Shown piece after piece: positions 21,241 to 31,875 of a stretch of DNA of 41,657 nt. A program made the translations under genes and the position numbers. Each line of letters opens with the position of its first letter. Within the stretch, counting starts at the first letter, position 1. The notes below the pieces were generated by a model. It searched no databases. It was not told the origin of the DNA and worked only from the letters and a program-made list of their open reading frames with translations. Source of the DNA: Escherichia coli (GTDB lineage: Bacteria; Pseudomonadota; Gammaproteobacteria; Enterobacterales; Enterobacteriaceae); NCBI RefSeq assembly GCF_003334315.1, contig NZ_QOWR01000044.1, one strand, 5' to 3'.

Positions 21241-22664
21241 TGCGTATCGGCATGCGGTTGCTGCTGGGCTATTTTTTACTGGTGGCGGTGGCGGCCTGGT
21301 TCGTACTGGCTATTTTTGTCAAAGAAGTTAAACCGGGCGTGCGAAGAGCAACGGAGGGGACGTTAATCGATACCGCAACGTTGCTGGCGGAGCTGGCGCG
21401 TCCCGATTTGCTCTCTGGGGACCCAACGCATGGGCAACTGGCGCAGGCGTTTAATCAGCTACAACATCGCCCGTTTCGCGCCAATATCGGTGGCATTAAC
21501 AAAGTGCGCAATGAATATCATGTCTATATGACCGATTCGCAGGGTAAAGTATTGTTCGATTCGGCAAATAAAGCCGTTGGGCAGGATTATTCGCGCTGGA
21601 ATGACGTCTGGCTAACGTTGCGTGGTCAGTATGGTGCGCGCAGCACGTTGCAAAATCCTGCCGATCCCGAAAGTTCGGTGATGTATGTTGCCGCGCCGAT
21701 TATGGACGGCTCGCGGCTTATTGGCGTTTTGAGCGTAGGCAAACCGAACGCGGCGATGGCTCCGGTCATTAAGCGTAGCGAGCGGCGAATTTTATGGGCC
21801 AGCGCCATTTTGCTGGGGATTGCACTGGTGATTGGCGCAGGCATGGTTTGGTGGATCAACCGCTCCATTGCCCGGCTCACTCGCTATGCCGATTCCGTCA
21901 CTGACAATAAGCCCGTTCCTCTTCCTGAACTCGGCAGTAGCGAGTTGCGTAAGCTTGCGCAGGCGCTGGAAAGTATGCGCGTGAAGCTGGAAGGGAAAAA
22001 CTATATTGAGCAGTATGTTTATGCGTTAACCCATGAGCTAAAAAGCCCACTGGCGGCGATTCGTGGCGCGGCGGAAATTTTACGCGAAGGTCCGCCACCG
22101 GAAGTGGTGGCTCGTTTTACCGACAACATTCTGACGCAAAATGCGCGTATGCAGGCATTGGTAGAAACGTTACTACGCCAGGCAAGACTGGAGAATCGTC
22201 AGGAAGTCGTTCTGACTGTTGTTGATGTGGCGGCATTATTTCGCCGCGTCAGCGAAGCGCGCACCGTGCAGTTGGCAGAAAAAAACATCACTCTACATGT
22301 TATGCCCACTGAGGTTAATGTTGCTGCTGAACCGGCGTTACTGGAGCAGGCGCTGGGGAATTTACTGGATAACGCCATCGATTTTACCCCCGAGAGCGGT
22401 CGCATAACGCTAAGCGCCGAAGTGGATCAGGAACACGTCGCCCTTAAGGTGCTGGATACCGGTAGTGGTATTCCTGACTACGCGCTGTCACGTATTTTTG
22501 AACGCTTTTACTCTTTGCCGCGTGCAAATGGGCAAAAAAGCAGCGGTCTGGGGTTGGCGTTCGTCAGTGAGGTCGCCCGTTTGTTTAACGGCGAAGTCAC
22601 GCTGCGCAACGTGCAGGAAGGTGGCGTGCTGGCCTCGCTTCGACTTCACCGTCACTTCACATAG
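21240..22664 (+). CDS. creC: Sensor histidine kinase CreC
   Basis: 474 aa; H-box LTHELKSPLAAIRG; start overlaps the creB stop by 1 nt (taATG), suggesting translational coupling. Confidence 0.95.
   Translation: MRIGMRLLLGYFLLVAVAAWFVLAIFVKEVKPGVRRATEGTLIDTATLLAELARPDLLSGDPTHGQLAQAFNQLQHRPFRANIGGINKVRNEYHVYMTDSQGKVLFDSANKAVGQDYSRWNDVWLTLRGQYGARSTLQNPADPESSVMYVAAPIMDGSRLIGVLSVGKPNAAMAPVIKRSERRILWASAILLGIALVIGAGMVWWINRSIARLTRYADSVTDNKPVPLPELGSSELRKLAQALESMRVKLEGKNYIEQYVYALTHELKSPLAAIRGAAEILREGPPPEVVARFTDNILTQNARMQALVETLLRQARLENRQEVVLTVVDVAALFRRVSEARTVQLAEKNITLHVMPTEVNVAAEPALLEQALGNLLDNAIDFTPESGRITLSAEVDQEHVALKVLDTGSGIPDYALSRIFERFYSLPRANGQKSSGLGLAFVSEVARLFNGEVTLRNVQEGGVLASLRLHRHFT
22645..22660 (+). 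promoter_or_regulatory. cre tag (candidate CreB binding site) upstream of creD
   Basis: Perfect TTCAC-N6-TTCAC direct repeat (ttcaccgtcacttcac) inside the last codons of creC, 62 bp upstream of the creD ATG. Confidence 0.55.
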
Positions 22665-22721
22665 CTTCAAATTCTTCCCACATAGCCTTCGTATCCTGCT
22701 GCCATTGCAAAGGAGAAGACT

Positions 22722-24074
22722 ATGTTGAAATCCCCCCTGTTCTGGAAAATGACCACCTTGTTTGGTGCAGTATTGCTGTTGTTGATTCCGATAATGCTGA
22801 TTCGGCAAGTGATTGTCGAACGTGCCGATTACCGTAGCGATGTGGAAGATGCGATTCGCCAAAGTACCAGCGGGCCGCAAAAACTCGTTGGGCCGCTTAT
22901 CGCTATTCCTGTGACCGAGCTTTATACGGTGCAGGAAGAGGATAAAACCGTGGAGCGGAAACGAAGTTTTATCCATTTTTGGTTACCTGAGTCATTGATG
23001 GTTGATGGCAATCAGAACGTGGAAGAACGCAAGATAGGGATTTATACCGGTCAGGTCTGGCACAGTGATTTAACGCTAAAAGCCGATTTCGATGTTTCGC
23101 GTCTTAGCGAGCTCAACGCGCCAAATATCATCTTAGGCAAGCCCTTTATTGTGATTAGCGTCGGGGATGCGCGTGGTATTGGTGTGGTGAAAGCGCCTGA
23201 AGTTAACGGAACGGCGCTGACCATTGAACCCGGCACCGGGTTAGAGCAAGGCGGGCAGGGCGTGCATATCCCTTTACCCGAAGGGGACTGGCGGAAGCAG
23301 AACCTGAAGCTGAATATGGCCCTGAATTTAAGCGGTACCGGCGATCTTTCTGTGGTGCCTGCCGGGCGTAATAGCGAAATGACCTTAACCAGCAACTGGC
23401 CGCATCCCAGTTTTTTAGGTGATTTTTTGCCAGCCAAACGGGAAGTTAGCGAGTCAGGTTTTCAGGCGCAATGGCAAAGCAGCTGGTTTGCTAATAATCT
23501 CGGTGAGCGTTTTGCTTCAGGCAATGATACCGGCTGGGAAAACTTCCCCGCGTTTAGCGTCGCAGTGACGACGCCAGCCGATCAATACCAATTAACTGAC
23601 CGGGCGACTAAGTACGCTATTCTGCTGATTGCGCTGACTTTTATGGCGTTCTTTGTTTTTGAAACGCTCACCGCGCAACGTTTACACCCAATGCAATATT
23701 TACTGGTGGGGCTTTCATTAGTGATGTTTTATTTGCTCTTGCTGGCGCTTTCTGAACATACCGGTTTTACCGGGGCATGGATAATCGCCAGTCTGATTGG
23801 GGCGTTAATGAACGGTATTTATTTGCAGGCGGTATTGAAAGGCTGGCGCAACAGCATGTTGTTTACCCTCGCGCTGTTGTTGCTGGATGGTGTGATGTGG
23901 GGACTACTCAACTCTGCCGATAGCGCGCTGTTGTTGGGAACCAGTGTGCTGGTGGTGGCGCTGGCCGGAATGATGTTTGTGACCCGTAATATCGACTGGT
24001 ATGCGTTTTCACTGCCGAAAATGAAAGCCAATAAAGAAGTTACAACGGACGATGAATTACGTATCTGGAAATAA
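22722..24074 (+). CDS. creD: Inner membrane protein CreD
   Basis: 450 aa (MLKSPLFWKMTTLFGAVLLLLIPIMLIRQV...); multiple transmembrane segments. Confidence 0.95.
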   Translation: MLKSPLFWKMTTLFGAVLLLLIPIMLIRQVIVERADYRSDVEDAIRQSTSGPQKLVGPLIAIPVTELYTVQEEDKTVERKRSFIHFWLPESLMVDGNQNVEERKIGIYTGQVWHSDLTLKADFDVSRLSELNAPNIILGKPFIVISVGDARGIGVVKAPEVNGTALTIEPGTGLEQGGQGVHIPLPEGDWRKQNLKLNMALNLSGTGDLSVVPAGRNSEMTLTSNWPHPSFLGDFLPAKREVSESGFQAQWQSSWFANNLGERFASGNDTGWENFPAFSVAVTTPADQYQLTDRATKYAILLIALTFMAFFVFETLTAQRLHPMQYLLVGLSLVMFYLLLLALSEHTGFTGAWIIASLIGALMNGIYLQAVLKGWRNSMLFTLALLLLDGVMWGLLNSADSALLLGTSVLVVALAGMMFVTRNIDWYAFSLPKMKANKEVTTDDELRIWK

Positions 24075-24079
24075 GGTTG

Positions 24080-24114
24080 AAAAAAAAACGGCGCTAAAAA
24101 GCGCCATTTTTTTT
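24080..24114. terminator. Bidirectional rho-independent terminator between creD and arcA
   Basis: ggcgct/agcgcc stem flanked by an A-run upstream and a T-run downstream (aaaaaaaaacggcgctaaaaagcgccatttttttt). Confidence 0.75.
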
Positions 24115-24131
24115 GACGGTGGTAACGCCGA

Positions 24132-24848
24132 TTAATCTTCCAGATCACCGCAGAAGCGATAACCTTCACCGTGAATGGTGGCGATGATTTCCGGCGTATC
24201 CGGCGTAGATTCGAAATGTTTACGAATACGGCGGATCGTCACGTCTACAGTACGGTCGTGCGGTTTCAGCTCACGGCCGGTCATTTTCTTCAGCAGTTCA
24301 GCACGAGACTGAATTTTGCCTGGGTTTTCACAGAAGTGAAGCATGGCGCGGAACTCGCTGCGCGGCAGCTTGTACTGCTCGCCATCAGGGCCGATCAACG
24401 AACGGCTGTTGATGTCCAGTTCCCAACCATTGAACTTGTAGCTTTCAACGCTACGACGTTCTTCGCTGACAGTACCCAGATTCATGGTACGGGACAGCAG
24501 GTTGCGTGCACGAATCGTCAGTTCACGCGGGTTGAACGGTTTGGTGATGTAGTCATCTGCACCGATTTCGAGGCCGAGAATTTTATCGACTTCGTTGTCA
24601 CGGCCAGTCAGGAACATCAACGCAACATTCGCCTGCTCGCGCAGTTCACGCGCTAACAGAAGACCGTTCTTACCCGGCAGATTGATATCCATGATCACCA
24701 GGTTGATGTCATATTCAGAGAGGATCTGATGCATTTCCGCGCCATCTGTCGCTTCGAAAACATCATAGCCTTCCGCTTCGAAAATACTTTTCAACGTGTT
24801 GCGTGTTACCAACTCGTCTTCAACGATAAGAATGTGCGGGGTCTGCAT
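24132..24848 (-). CDS. arcA: Aerobic respiration control response regulator ArcA
   Basis: 238 aa ([70 protein letters not shown]...). Confidence 0.97.
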
Positions 24849-24943
24849 GTTTGCTACCTAAATTGCCAACTAAATCGAAACAGGAAGTACAAAAGTCCCT
24901 GACCTGCCTGATGCATGCTGCAAATTAACATGATCGGCGTAAC

Positions 24944-25084
24944 ATGACTAAAGTACGTAATTGCGTTCTTGATGCACTTTCCATCAACGTCAACAACATC
25001 ATTAGCTTGGTCGTGGGTACTTTCCCTCAGGACCCGACAGTGTCAAAAACGGCTGTCATCCTAACCATTTTAACAGCAACATAA
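24944..25084 (+). CDS. yjjY: Small hypothetical protein YjjY (46 aa)
   Basis: ATG at 24944 to TAA ending at 25084 (MTKVRNCVLDALSINVNNIISLVVGTFPQDPTVSKTAVILTILTAT); too short for the ORF track; position matches the annotated K-12 yjjY; its expression is not something the sequence can show. Confidence 0.5.
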   Translation: MTKVRNCVLDALSINVNNIISLVVGTFPQDPTVSKTAVILTILTAT

Positions 25085-25163
25085 CAGGCTAAGAGGGGCC
25101 GGACACCCAATAAAACTACGCTTCGTTGACATATATCAAGTTCAATTGTAGCACGTTAACAGT

Positions 25164-25177
25164 TTGATGAAATCATC
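25164..25177. promoter_or_regulatory. FNR/CRP-like palindrome in the arcA upstream region
   Basis: ttgatgaaatcatc (TTGAT-N4-ATCAT), close to the FNR consensus TTGAT-N4-ATCAA; arcA is known to have multiple promoters, some anaerobically regulated. Confidence 0.35.
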
Positions 25178-25483
25178 GTATCTAAATGCTAGCTTTCGTC
25201 ACATTATTTTAATAATCCAACTAGTTGCATCATACAACTAATAAACGTGGTGAATCCAATTGTCGAGATTTATTTTTTATAAAATTATCCTAAGTAAACA
25301 GAAGGATATGTAGCATTTTTTAACAATTCAACCGTTAGTACAGTCAGGAAATAGTTTAGCCTTTTTTAAGCTAAGTAAAGGGCTTTTTCTGCGACTTACG
25401 TTAAGGATTTGTAAATTCGCACCGCGTAATAAGTTGACAGTGATCACCCTGTTCGCGGTCATTTGGTCAAGAAGAGTGGCAAT

Positions 25484-26170
25484 ATGCGTATAACGATTAT
25501 TCTGGTCGCACCCGCCAGAGCAGAAAATATTGGGGCAGCGGCGCGGGCAATGAAAACGATGGGGTTTAGCGAACTGCGGATTGTCGATAGTCAGGCACAT
25601 CTGGAGCCAGCCACTCGCTGGGTCGCACATGGATCTGGTGATATTATTGATAATATTAAAGTTTTCCCGACACTGGTTGAATCGTTACACGATGTCGATT
25701 TCACTGTCGCCACCACTGCGCGCAGTCGGGCGAAATATCATTACTACGCAACGCCAGTAGAACTGGTGCCGCTGTTAGAGGAAAAATCTTCATGGATGAG
25801 CCATGCCGCGCTGGTGTTTGGTCGCGAAGATTCCGGGCTGACTAACGAAGAGTTAGCGTTGGCTGACGTTCTTACTGGTGTGCCGATGGTGGCGGATTAT
25901 CCTTCGCTCAATCTGGGGCAGGCAGTGATGGTCTATTGCTATCAATTAGCAACATTAATACAACAACCGACGAAAAGTGACACAACGGCAGACCAACATC
26001 AACTGCAAGCTTTACGCGAACGAGTCATGGCATTGCTGACGACTCTGGCAGTGGCAGATGACATAAAACTGGTCGACTGGTTACAGCAACGCCTGGGGCT
26101 TTTAGAGCAACGAGACACGGCAATGTTGCACCGTTTGCTGCATGATATTGAAAAAAATATCACCAAATAA
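25484..26170 (+). CDS. lasT: tRNA/rRNA methyltransferase LasT (SpoU family)
   Basis: 228 aa from the internal ATG (MRITIILVAPARAENIGAAARAMKTMGF...). Confidence 0.9.
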   Translation: MRITIILVAPARAENIGAAARAMKTMGFSELRIVDSQAHLEPATRWVAHGSGDIIDNIKVFPTLVESLHDVDFTVATTARSRAKYHYYATPVELVPLLEEKSSWMSHAALVFGREDSGLTNEELALADVLTGVPMVADYPSLNLGQAVMVYCYQLATLIQQPTKSDTTADQHQLQALRERVMALLTTLAVADDIKLVDWLQQRLGLLEQRDTAMLHRLLHDIEKNITK

Positions 26171-26380
26171 AAAACGCCTTAGTAAGTATTTTTCAGCTTT
26201 TCATTCTGACTGCAACGGGCAATATGTCTCTGTGTGGATTAAAAAAAGAGTGTCTGATAGCAGCTTCTGAACTGGTTACCTGCCGTGAGTAAATTAAAAT
26301 TTTATTGACTTAGGTCACTAAATACTTTAACCAATATAGGCATAGCGCACAGACAGATAAAAATTACAGAGTACACAACA

Positions 26381-26449
<69 letters not shown>

Positions 26450-26470
26450 CGCGTACAGGAAACACAGAAA

Positions 26471-26503
26471 AAAGCCCGCACCTGACAGTGCGGGCTTTTT
26501 TTT
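26471..26503 (+). terminator. thr operon attenuator (rho-independent terminator)
   Basis: gcccgca/tgcgggc stem followed by 8 consecutive T. Confidence 0.9.
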
Positions 26504-26529
26504 CGACCAAAGGTAACGAGGTAACAACC

Positions 26530-28992
26530 ATGCGAGTGTTGAAGTTCGGCGGTACATCAGTGGCAAATGCAGAACGTTTTCTGCGGGTTGCCGATATTCT
26601 GGAAAGCAATGCCAGGCAGGGGCAGGTGGCCACCGTCCTCTCTGCCCCCGCCAAAATCACCAACCACCTGGTGGCGATGATTGAAAAAACCATTAGCGGC
26701 CAGGATGCTTTACCCAATATCAGCGATGCTGAACGTATTTTTGCCGAACTTCTGACGGGACTCGCCGCCGCCCAGCCGGGATTCCCGCTGGCGCAATTGA
26801 AAACTTTCGTCGACCAGGAATTTGCTCAAATAAAACATGTCCTGCATGGCATTAGTTTGTTAGGGCAGTGCCCGGATAGCATCAACGCTGCGCTGATTTG
26901 CCGTGGCGAGAAAATGTCGATCGCCATTATGGCCGGCGTGTTAGAAGCGCGTGGTCACAACGTTACCGTTATCGATCCGGTCGAAAAACTACTGGCAGTG
27001 GGGCATTACCTCGAATCTACCGTCGATATTGCTGAGTCCACCCGCCGTATTGCGGCAAGTCGTATTCCGGCTGATCACATGGTGCTGATGGCAGGTTTCA
27101 CCGCCGGTAATGAAAAAGGCGAACTGGTGGTGCTTGGACGTAACGGTTCCGACTACTCCGCTGCGGTGCTGGCTGCCTGTTTACGCGCCGATTGTTGCGA
27201 GATTTGGACGGACGTTGACGGGGTTTATACCTGCGACCCGCGTCAGGTGCCCGATGCGAGGTTGTTGAAGTCGATGTCCTACCAGGAAGCGATGGAGCTT
27301 TCCTACTTCGGCGCTAAAGTTCTTCACCCCCGCACCATTACCCCCATCGCCCAGTTCCAGATCCCTTGCCTGATTAAAAATACCGGAAATCCTCAAGCAC
27401 CAGGTACGCTCATTGGTGCCAGCCGTGATGAAGACGAATTACCGGTCAAGGGCATTTCCAATCTGAATAACATGGCAATGTTCAGCGTTTCCGGCCCGGG
27501 GATGAAAGGAATGGTCGGCATGGCGGCGCGCGTCTTTGCTGCAATGTCACGCGCCCGTATTTCCGTGGTGCTGATTACGCAATCATCTTCCGAATACAGT
27601 ATCAGTTTCTGCGTTCCGCAAAGCGACTGTGTGCGAGCTGAACGGGCAATGCAGGAAGAGTTCTACCTGGAACTGAAAGAAGGCTTACTGGAGCCGCTGG
27701 CGGTGACGGAACGGCTGGCCATTATCTCGGTGGTAGGTGATGGTATGCGCACCTTGCGTGGGATCTCGGCGAAATTCTTTGCCGCGCTGGCCCGCGCCAA
27801 TATCAACATTGTCGCCATTGCTCAGGGATCTTCTGAACGCTCAATCTCTGTCGTGGTAAATAACGATGATGCGACCACTGGCGTGCGCGTTACTCATCAG
27901 ATGCTGTTCAATACCGATCAGGTTATCGAAGTGTTTGTGATTGGCGTCGGTGGCGTTGGCGGTGCGCTGCTGGAGCAACTGAAGCGTCAACAAAGCTGGC
28001 TGAAGAATAAACATATCGACTTACGTGTCTGCGGCGTTGCCAACTCGAAGGCTCTGCTTACCAATGTGCATGGCCTAAACCTGGAAAACTGGCAGGAAGA
28101 ACTGGCGCAAGCCAAAGAGCCGTTTAATCTCGGGCGCTTAATTCGCCTCGTGAAAGAATATCATCTGCTAAACCCGGTCATTGTTGACTGCACCTCCAGC
28201 CAGGCAGTGGCGGATCAATATGCCGACTTCTTGCGCGAAGGTTTCCACGTTGTCACGCCGAACAAAAAGGCCAACACCTCGTCGATGGATTACTACCATC
28301 TGTTGCGTCATGCGGCGGAAAAATCGCGGCGTAAATTCCTCTATGACACCAACGTTGGGGCTGGATTACCGGTTATTGAGAACCTGCAAAATCTGCTCAA
28401 TGCTGGTGATGAATTGATGAAGTTCTCCGGCATTCTTTCAGGTTCGCTTTCTTATATCTTCGGCAAGTTAGACGAAGGCATGAGTTTCTCCGAGGCGACT
28501 ACTCTGGCGCGGGAAATGGGTTATACCGAACCGGATCCGCGAGATGATCTTTCTGGTATGGATGTAGCGCGTAAGCTATTGATTCTCGCTCGTGAAACGG
28601 GACGTGAACTGGAGCTGGTGGATATTGAAATTGAACCTGTGCTGCCCGCAGAGTTTAACGCTGAGGGTGATGTTGCCGCTTTTATGGCGAATCTGTCACA
28701 GCTCGACGATCTCTTTGCCGCGCGCGTGGCGAAGGCCCGTGATGAAGGAAAAGTTTTGCGCTATGTTGGCAATATTGATGAAGATGGTGCCTGCCGCGTG
28801 AAGATTGCCGAAGTGGATGGTAATGATCCGCTGTTCAAAGTGAAAAATGGCGAAAACGCCCTGGCCTTTTATAGCCACTATTATCAGCCGCTGCCGTTGG
28901 TCCTGCGCGGATACGGTGCGGGTAATGACGTTACAGCTGCCGGTGTCTTTGCCGATCTGCTACGCACCCTCTCATGGAAGTTAGGAGTCTAA
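26530..28992 (+). CDS. thrA: Bifunctional aspartokinase I / homoserine dehydrogenase I
   Basis: 820 aa from the ATG at 26530 ([48 protein letters not shown]...). Confidence 0.97.
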
Positions 28993-28993
28993 A

Positions 28994-29926
28994 ATGGTTA
29001 AGGTTTATGCCCCGGCTTCCAGTGCCAATATGAGCGTCGGGTTTGATGTGCTCGGGGCGGCGGTGACACCCGTTGATGGTGCATTGCTCGGAGATGTAGT
29101 CACGGTTGAGGCGGCAGAGACATTCAGTCTCAACAACCTCGGACGCTTTGCCGATAAGCTGCCGTCAGAACCACGGGAAAATATCGTTTATCAGTGCTGG
29201 GAGCGTTTTTGCCAGGAGCTGGGCAAGCAAATTCCAGTGGCGATGACTCTGGAAAAGAATATGCCGATCGGCTCGGGCTTAGGCTCCAGCGCCTGTTCGG
29301 TGGTCGCGGCGCTGATGGCGATGAATGAACACTGCGGCAAGCCACTTAATGACACCCGTTTGCTGGCTTTGATGGGCGAGCTGGAAGGGCGTATCTCCGG
29401 CAGCATTCATTACGACAACGTGGCGCCGTGTTTTCTTGGTGGTATGCAGTTGATGATCGAAGAAAACGACATCATCAGCCAGCAAGTGCCAGGGTTTGAT
29501 GAGTGGCTGTGGGTGCTGGCGTATCCGGGGATTAAAGTCTCGACGGCAGAAGCCAGGGCTATTTTACCGGCGCAGTATCGCCGCCAGGATTGCATTGCGC
29601 ACGGGCGACATCTGGCTGGCTTCATTCACGCCTGCTATTCCCGTCAGCCTGAGCTTGCCGCGAAGCTGATGAAAGATGTTATCGCTGAACCCTACCGTGA
29701 ACGGTTACTGCCTGGCTTCCGGCAGGCGCGGCAGGCGGTTGCGGAAATCGGCGCGGTAGCGAGCGGTATCTCCGGCTCCGGCCCGACCTTGTTCGCTCTG
29801 TGTGACAAGCCGGATACCGCCCAGCGCGTTGCCGACTGGTTGGGTAAGAACTACCTGCAAAATCAGGAAGGTTTTGTTCATATTTGCCGGCTGGATACGG
29901 CGGGCGCACGAGTACTGGAAAACTAA
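28994..29926 (+). CDS. thrB: Homoserine kinase
   Basis: 310 aa ([29 protein letters not shown]...); GHMP kinase motif [10 protein letters not shown]. Confidence 0.97.
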
Positions 29927-31213
29927 ATGAAACTCTACAATCTGAAAGATCACAATGAGCAGGTCAGCTTTGCGCAAGCCGTAACCCAGGGGTTGGGCAA
30001 AAATCAGGGGCTGTTTTTTCCGCACGACCTGCCGGAATTCAGCCTGACTGAAATTGATGAGATGCTGAAGCTGGATTTTGTCACCCGCAGTGCGAAGATC
30101 CTCTCGGCGTTTATTGGTGATGAAATCCCGCAGGAAATCCTGGAAGAGCGCGTGCGCGCGGCGTTTGCCTTCCCGGCTCCGGTCGCCAATGTTGAAAGCG
30201 ATGTCGGTTGTCTGGAATTGTTCCACGGGCCAACGCTGGCATTTAAAGATTTCGGCGGTCGCTTTATGGCACAAATGCTGACCCATATTGCGGGCGATAA
30301 GCCAGTGACCATTCTGACCGCGACCTCCGGTGATACCGGAGCGGCAGTGGCTCATGCTTTCTACGGTTTACCGAATGTGAAAGTGGTTATCCTCTATCCA
30401 CGAGGCAAAATCAGTCCACTGCAAGAAAAACTGTTCTGTACATTGGGCGGCAATATCGAAACTGTTGCCATCGACGGCGATTTCGATGCCTGTCAGGCGC
30501 TGGTGAAGCAGGCGTTTGATGATGAAGAGCTGAAAGTGGCGCTGGGGTTAAACTCAGCTAACTCGATTAACATCAGCCGTTTGCTGGCGCAGATTTGCTA
30601 CTACTTTGAAGCAGTTGCGCAGCTGCCGCAGGAAGCGCGCAACCAGCTGGTTGTCTCGGTGCCAAGCGGAAACTTCGGCGATTTGACGGCGGGTCTGCTG
30701 GCGAAGTCACTCGGTCTGCCGGTGAAACGTTTTATTGCTGCGACCAACGTGAACGATACCGTGCCACGTTTCCTGCACGACGGTCAGTGGTCACCCAAAG
30801 CGACTCAGGCGACGTTATCCAACGCGATGGACGTGAGTCAGCCGAACAACTGGCCGCGTGTGGAAGAGTTGTTCCGCCGCAAAATCTGGCAACTGAAAGA
30901 GCTGGGTTATGCAGCCGTGGATGATGAAACCACGCAACAGACAATGCGTGAGTTAAAAGAACTGGGCTACACCTCGGAGCCGCACGCTGCCGTAGCGTAT
31001 CGTGCGCTGCGTGACCAGTTGAATCCAGGCGAATATGGCTTGTTCCTCGGCACCGCGCATCCGGCGAAATTTAAAGAGAGCGTGGAAGCGATTCTCGGTG
31101 AAACGTTGGATCTGCCAAAAGAGCTGGCAGAACGTGCTGATTTACCCTTGCTTTCACATAATCTGCCCGCCGATTTTGCTGCGTTGCGTAAATTGATGAT
31201 GAATCATCAGTAA
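29927..31213 (+). CDS. thrC: Threonine synthase
   Basis: 428 aa (MKLYNLKDHNEQVSFAQAVTQGLGKNQGLFFPHDLPEF...); abuts the thrB stop. Confidence 0.97.
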   Translation: MKLYNLKDHNEQVSFAQAVTQGLGKNQGLFFPHDLPEFSLTEIDEMLKLDFVTRSAKILSAFIGDEIPQEILEERVRAAFAFPAPVANVESDVGCLELFHGPTLAFKDFGGRFMAQMLTHIAGDKPVTILTATSGDTGAAVAHAFYGLPNVKVVILYPRGKISPLQEKLFCTLGGNIETVAIDGDFDACQALVKQAFDDEELKVALGLNSANSINISRLLAQICYYFEAVAQLPQEARNQLVVSVPSGNFGDLTAGLLAKSLGLPVKRFIAATNVNDTVPRFLHDGQWSPKATQATLSNAMDVSQPNNWPRVEELFRRKIWQLKELGYAAVDDETTQQTMRELKELGYTSEPHAAVAYRALRDQLNPGEYGLFLGTAHPAKFKESVEAILGETLDLPKELAERADLPLLSHNLPADFAALRKLMMNHQ

Positions 31214-31235
31214 AATCTATTCATTATCTCAATCA

Positions 31236-31269
31236 GGCCGGGTTTGCTTTTATGCAGCCCGGCTTTTTT
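31236..31269 (+). terminator. thr operon rho-independent terminator
   Basis: gccggg...cccggc stem followed by TTTTTT. Confidence 0.75.
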
Positions 31270-31426
31270 GTGAAGAAAATATGGAGAGAAACGACAGGGA
31301 AAAAGGAGAAATTCTCAATAAATGCGGTAACTTAGAGATTAGGATTGCGGAGAATAACAACCGCCGTTCTCATCGCGTAATCTCCGGATATCGACCCATA
31401 ACGGGCAATGATAAAAGGAGTAACCT

Positions 31427-31723
31427 GTGAAAAAGATGCAATCTATCGTACTCGCACTTTCCCTGGTTCTGGTCGCTCCCATGGCAGCACAGGCTGCGGA
31501 AATTACGTTAGTCCCGTCAGTAAAATTACAGATAGGCGATCGTGATAATCGTGGCTATTACTGGGATGGAGGTCACTGGCGCGACCACGGCTGGTGGAAA
31601 CAACATTATGAATGGCGAGGCAATCGCTGGCACCCACACGGACCGCCGCCACCGCCGCGCCACCATAAGAAAGCTCCTCATGATCATCACGGCGGTCATG
31701 GTCCAGGCAAACATCACCGCTAA
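31427..31723 (+). CDS. yaaX: DUF2502 secreted protein YaaX
   Basis: 98 aa with signal peptide ([23 protein letters not shown]), Trp/His/Gly/Pro-rich C-terminus. Confidence 0.85.
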   Translation: MKKMQSIVLALSLVLVAPMAAQAAEITLVPSVKLQIGDRDNRGYYWDGGHWRDHGWWKQHYEWRGNRWHPHGPPPPPRHHKKAPHDHHGGHGPGKHHR

Positions 31724-31744
31724 ATGACAAATGCCGGGTAACAA

Positions 31745-31866
31745 TCCGGCATTCAGCGCCTGATGCGACGCTGGCGCGTCTTATCAGGCCTACGTGAATT
31801 CTGCAATATATTGAATCTGCATGCTTTTGTAGGCCGGATAAGGCGTTCACGCCGCATCCGGCATTG
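31745..31866. repeat. REP/BIME pair
   Basis: gcctgatgcgacgctggcgcgtcttatcaggcctac and gtaggccggataaggcgttcacgccgcatccggca between the convergent yaaX and yaaA. Confidence 0.8.
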
Positions 31867-31875
31867 ACTGCAAAC

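Noticed and set aside
25328-25630. 100-aa minus-strand ORF overlapping the lasT start
   Set aside because: It overlaps the lasT ribosome-binding site and start in antisense, has no Shine-Dalgarno sequence, and gives a Cys-rich low-complexity translation.
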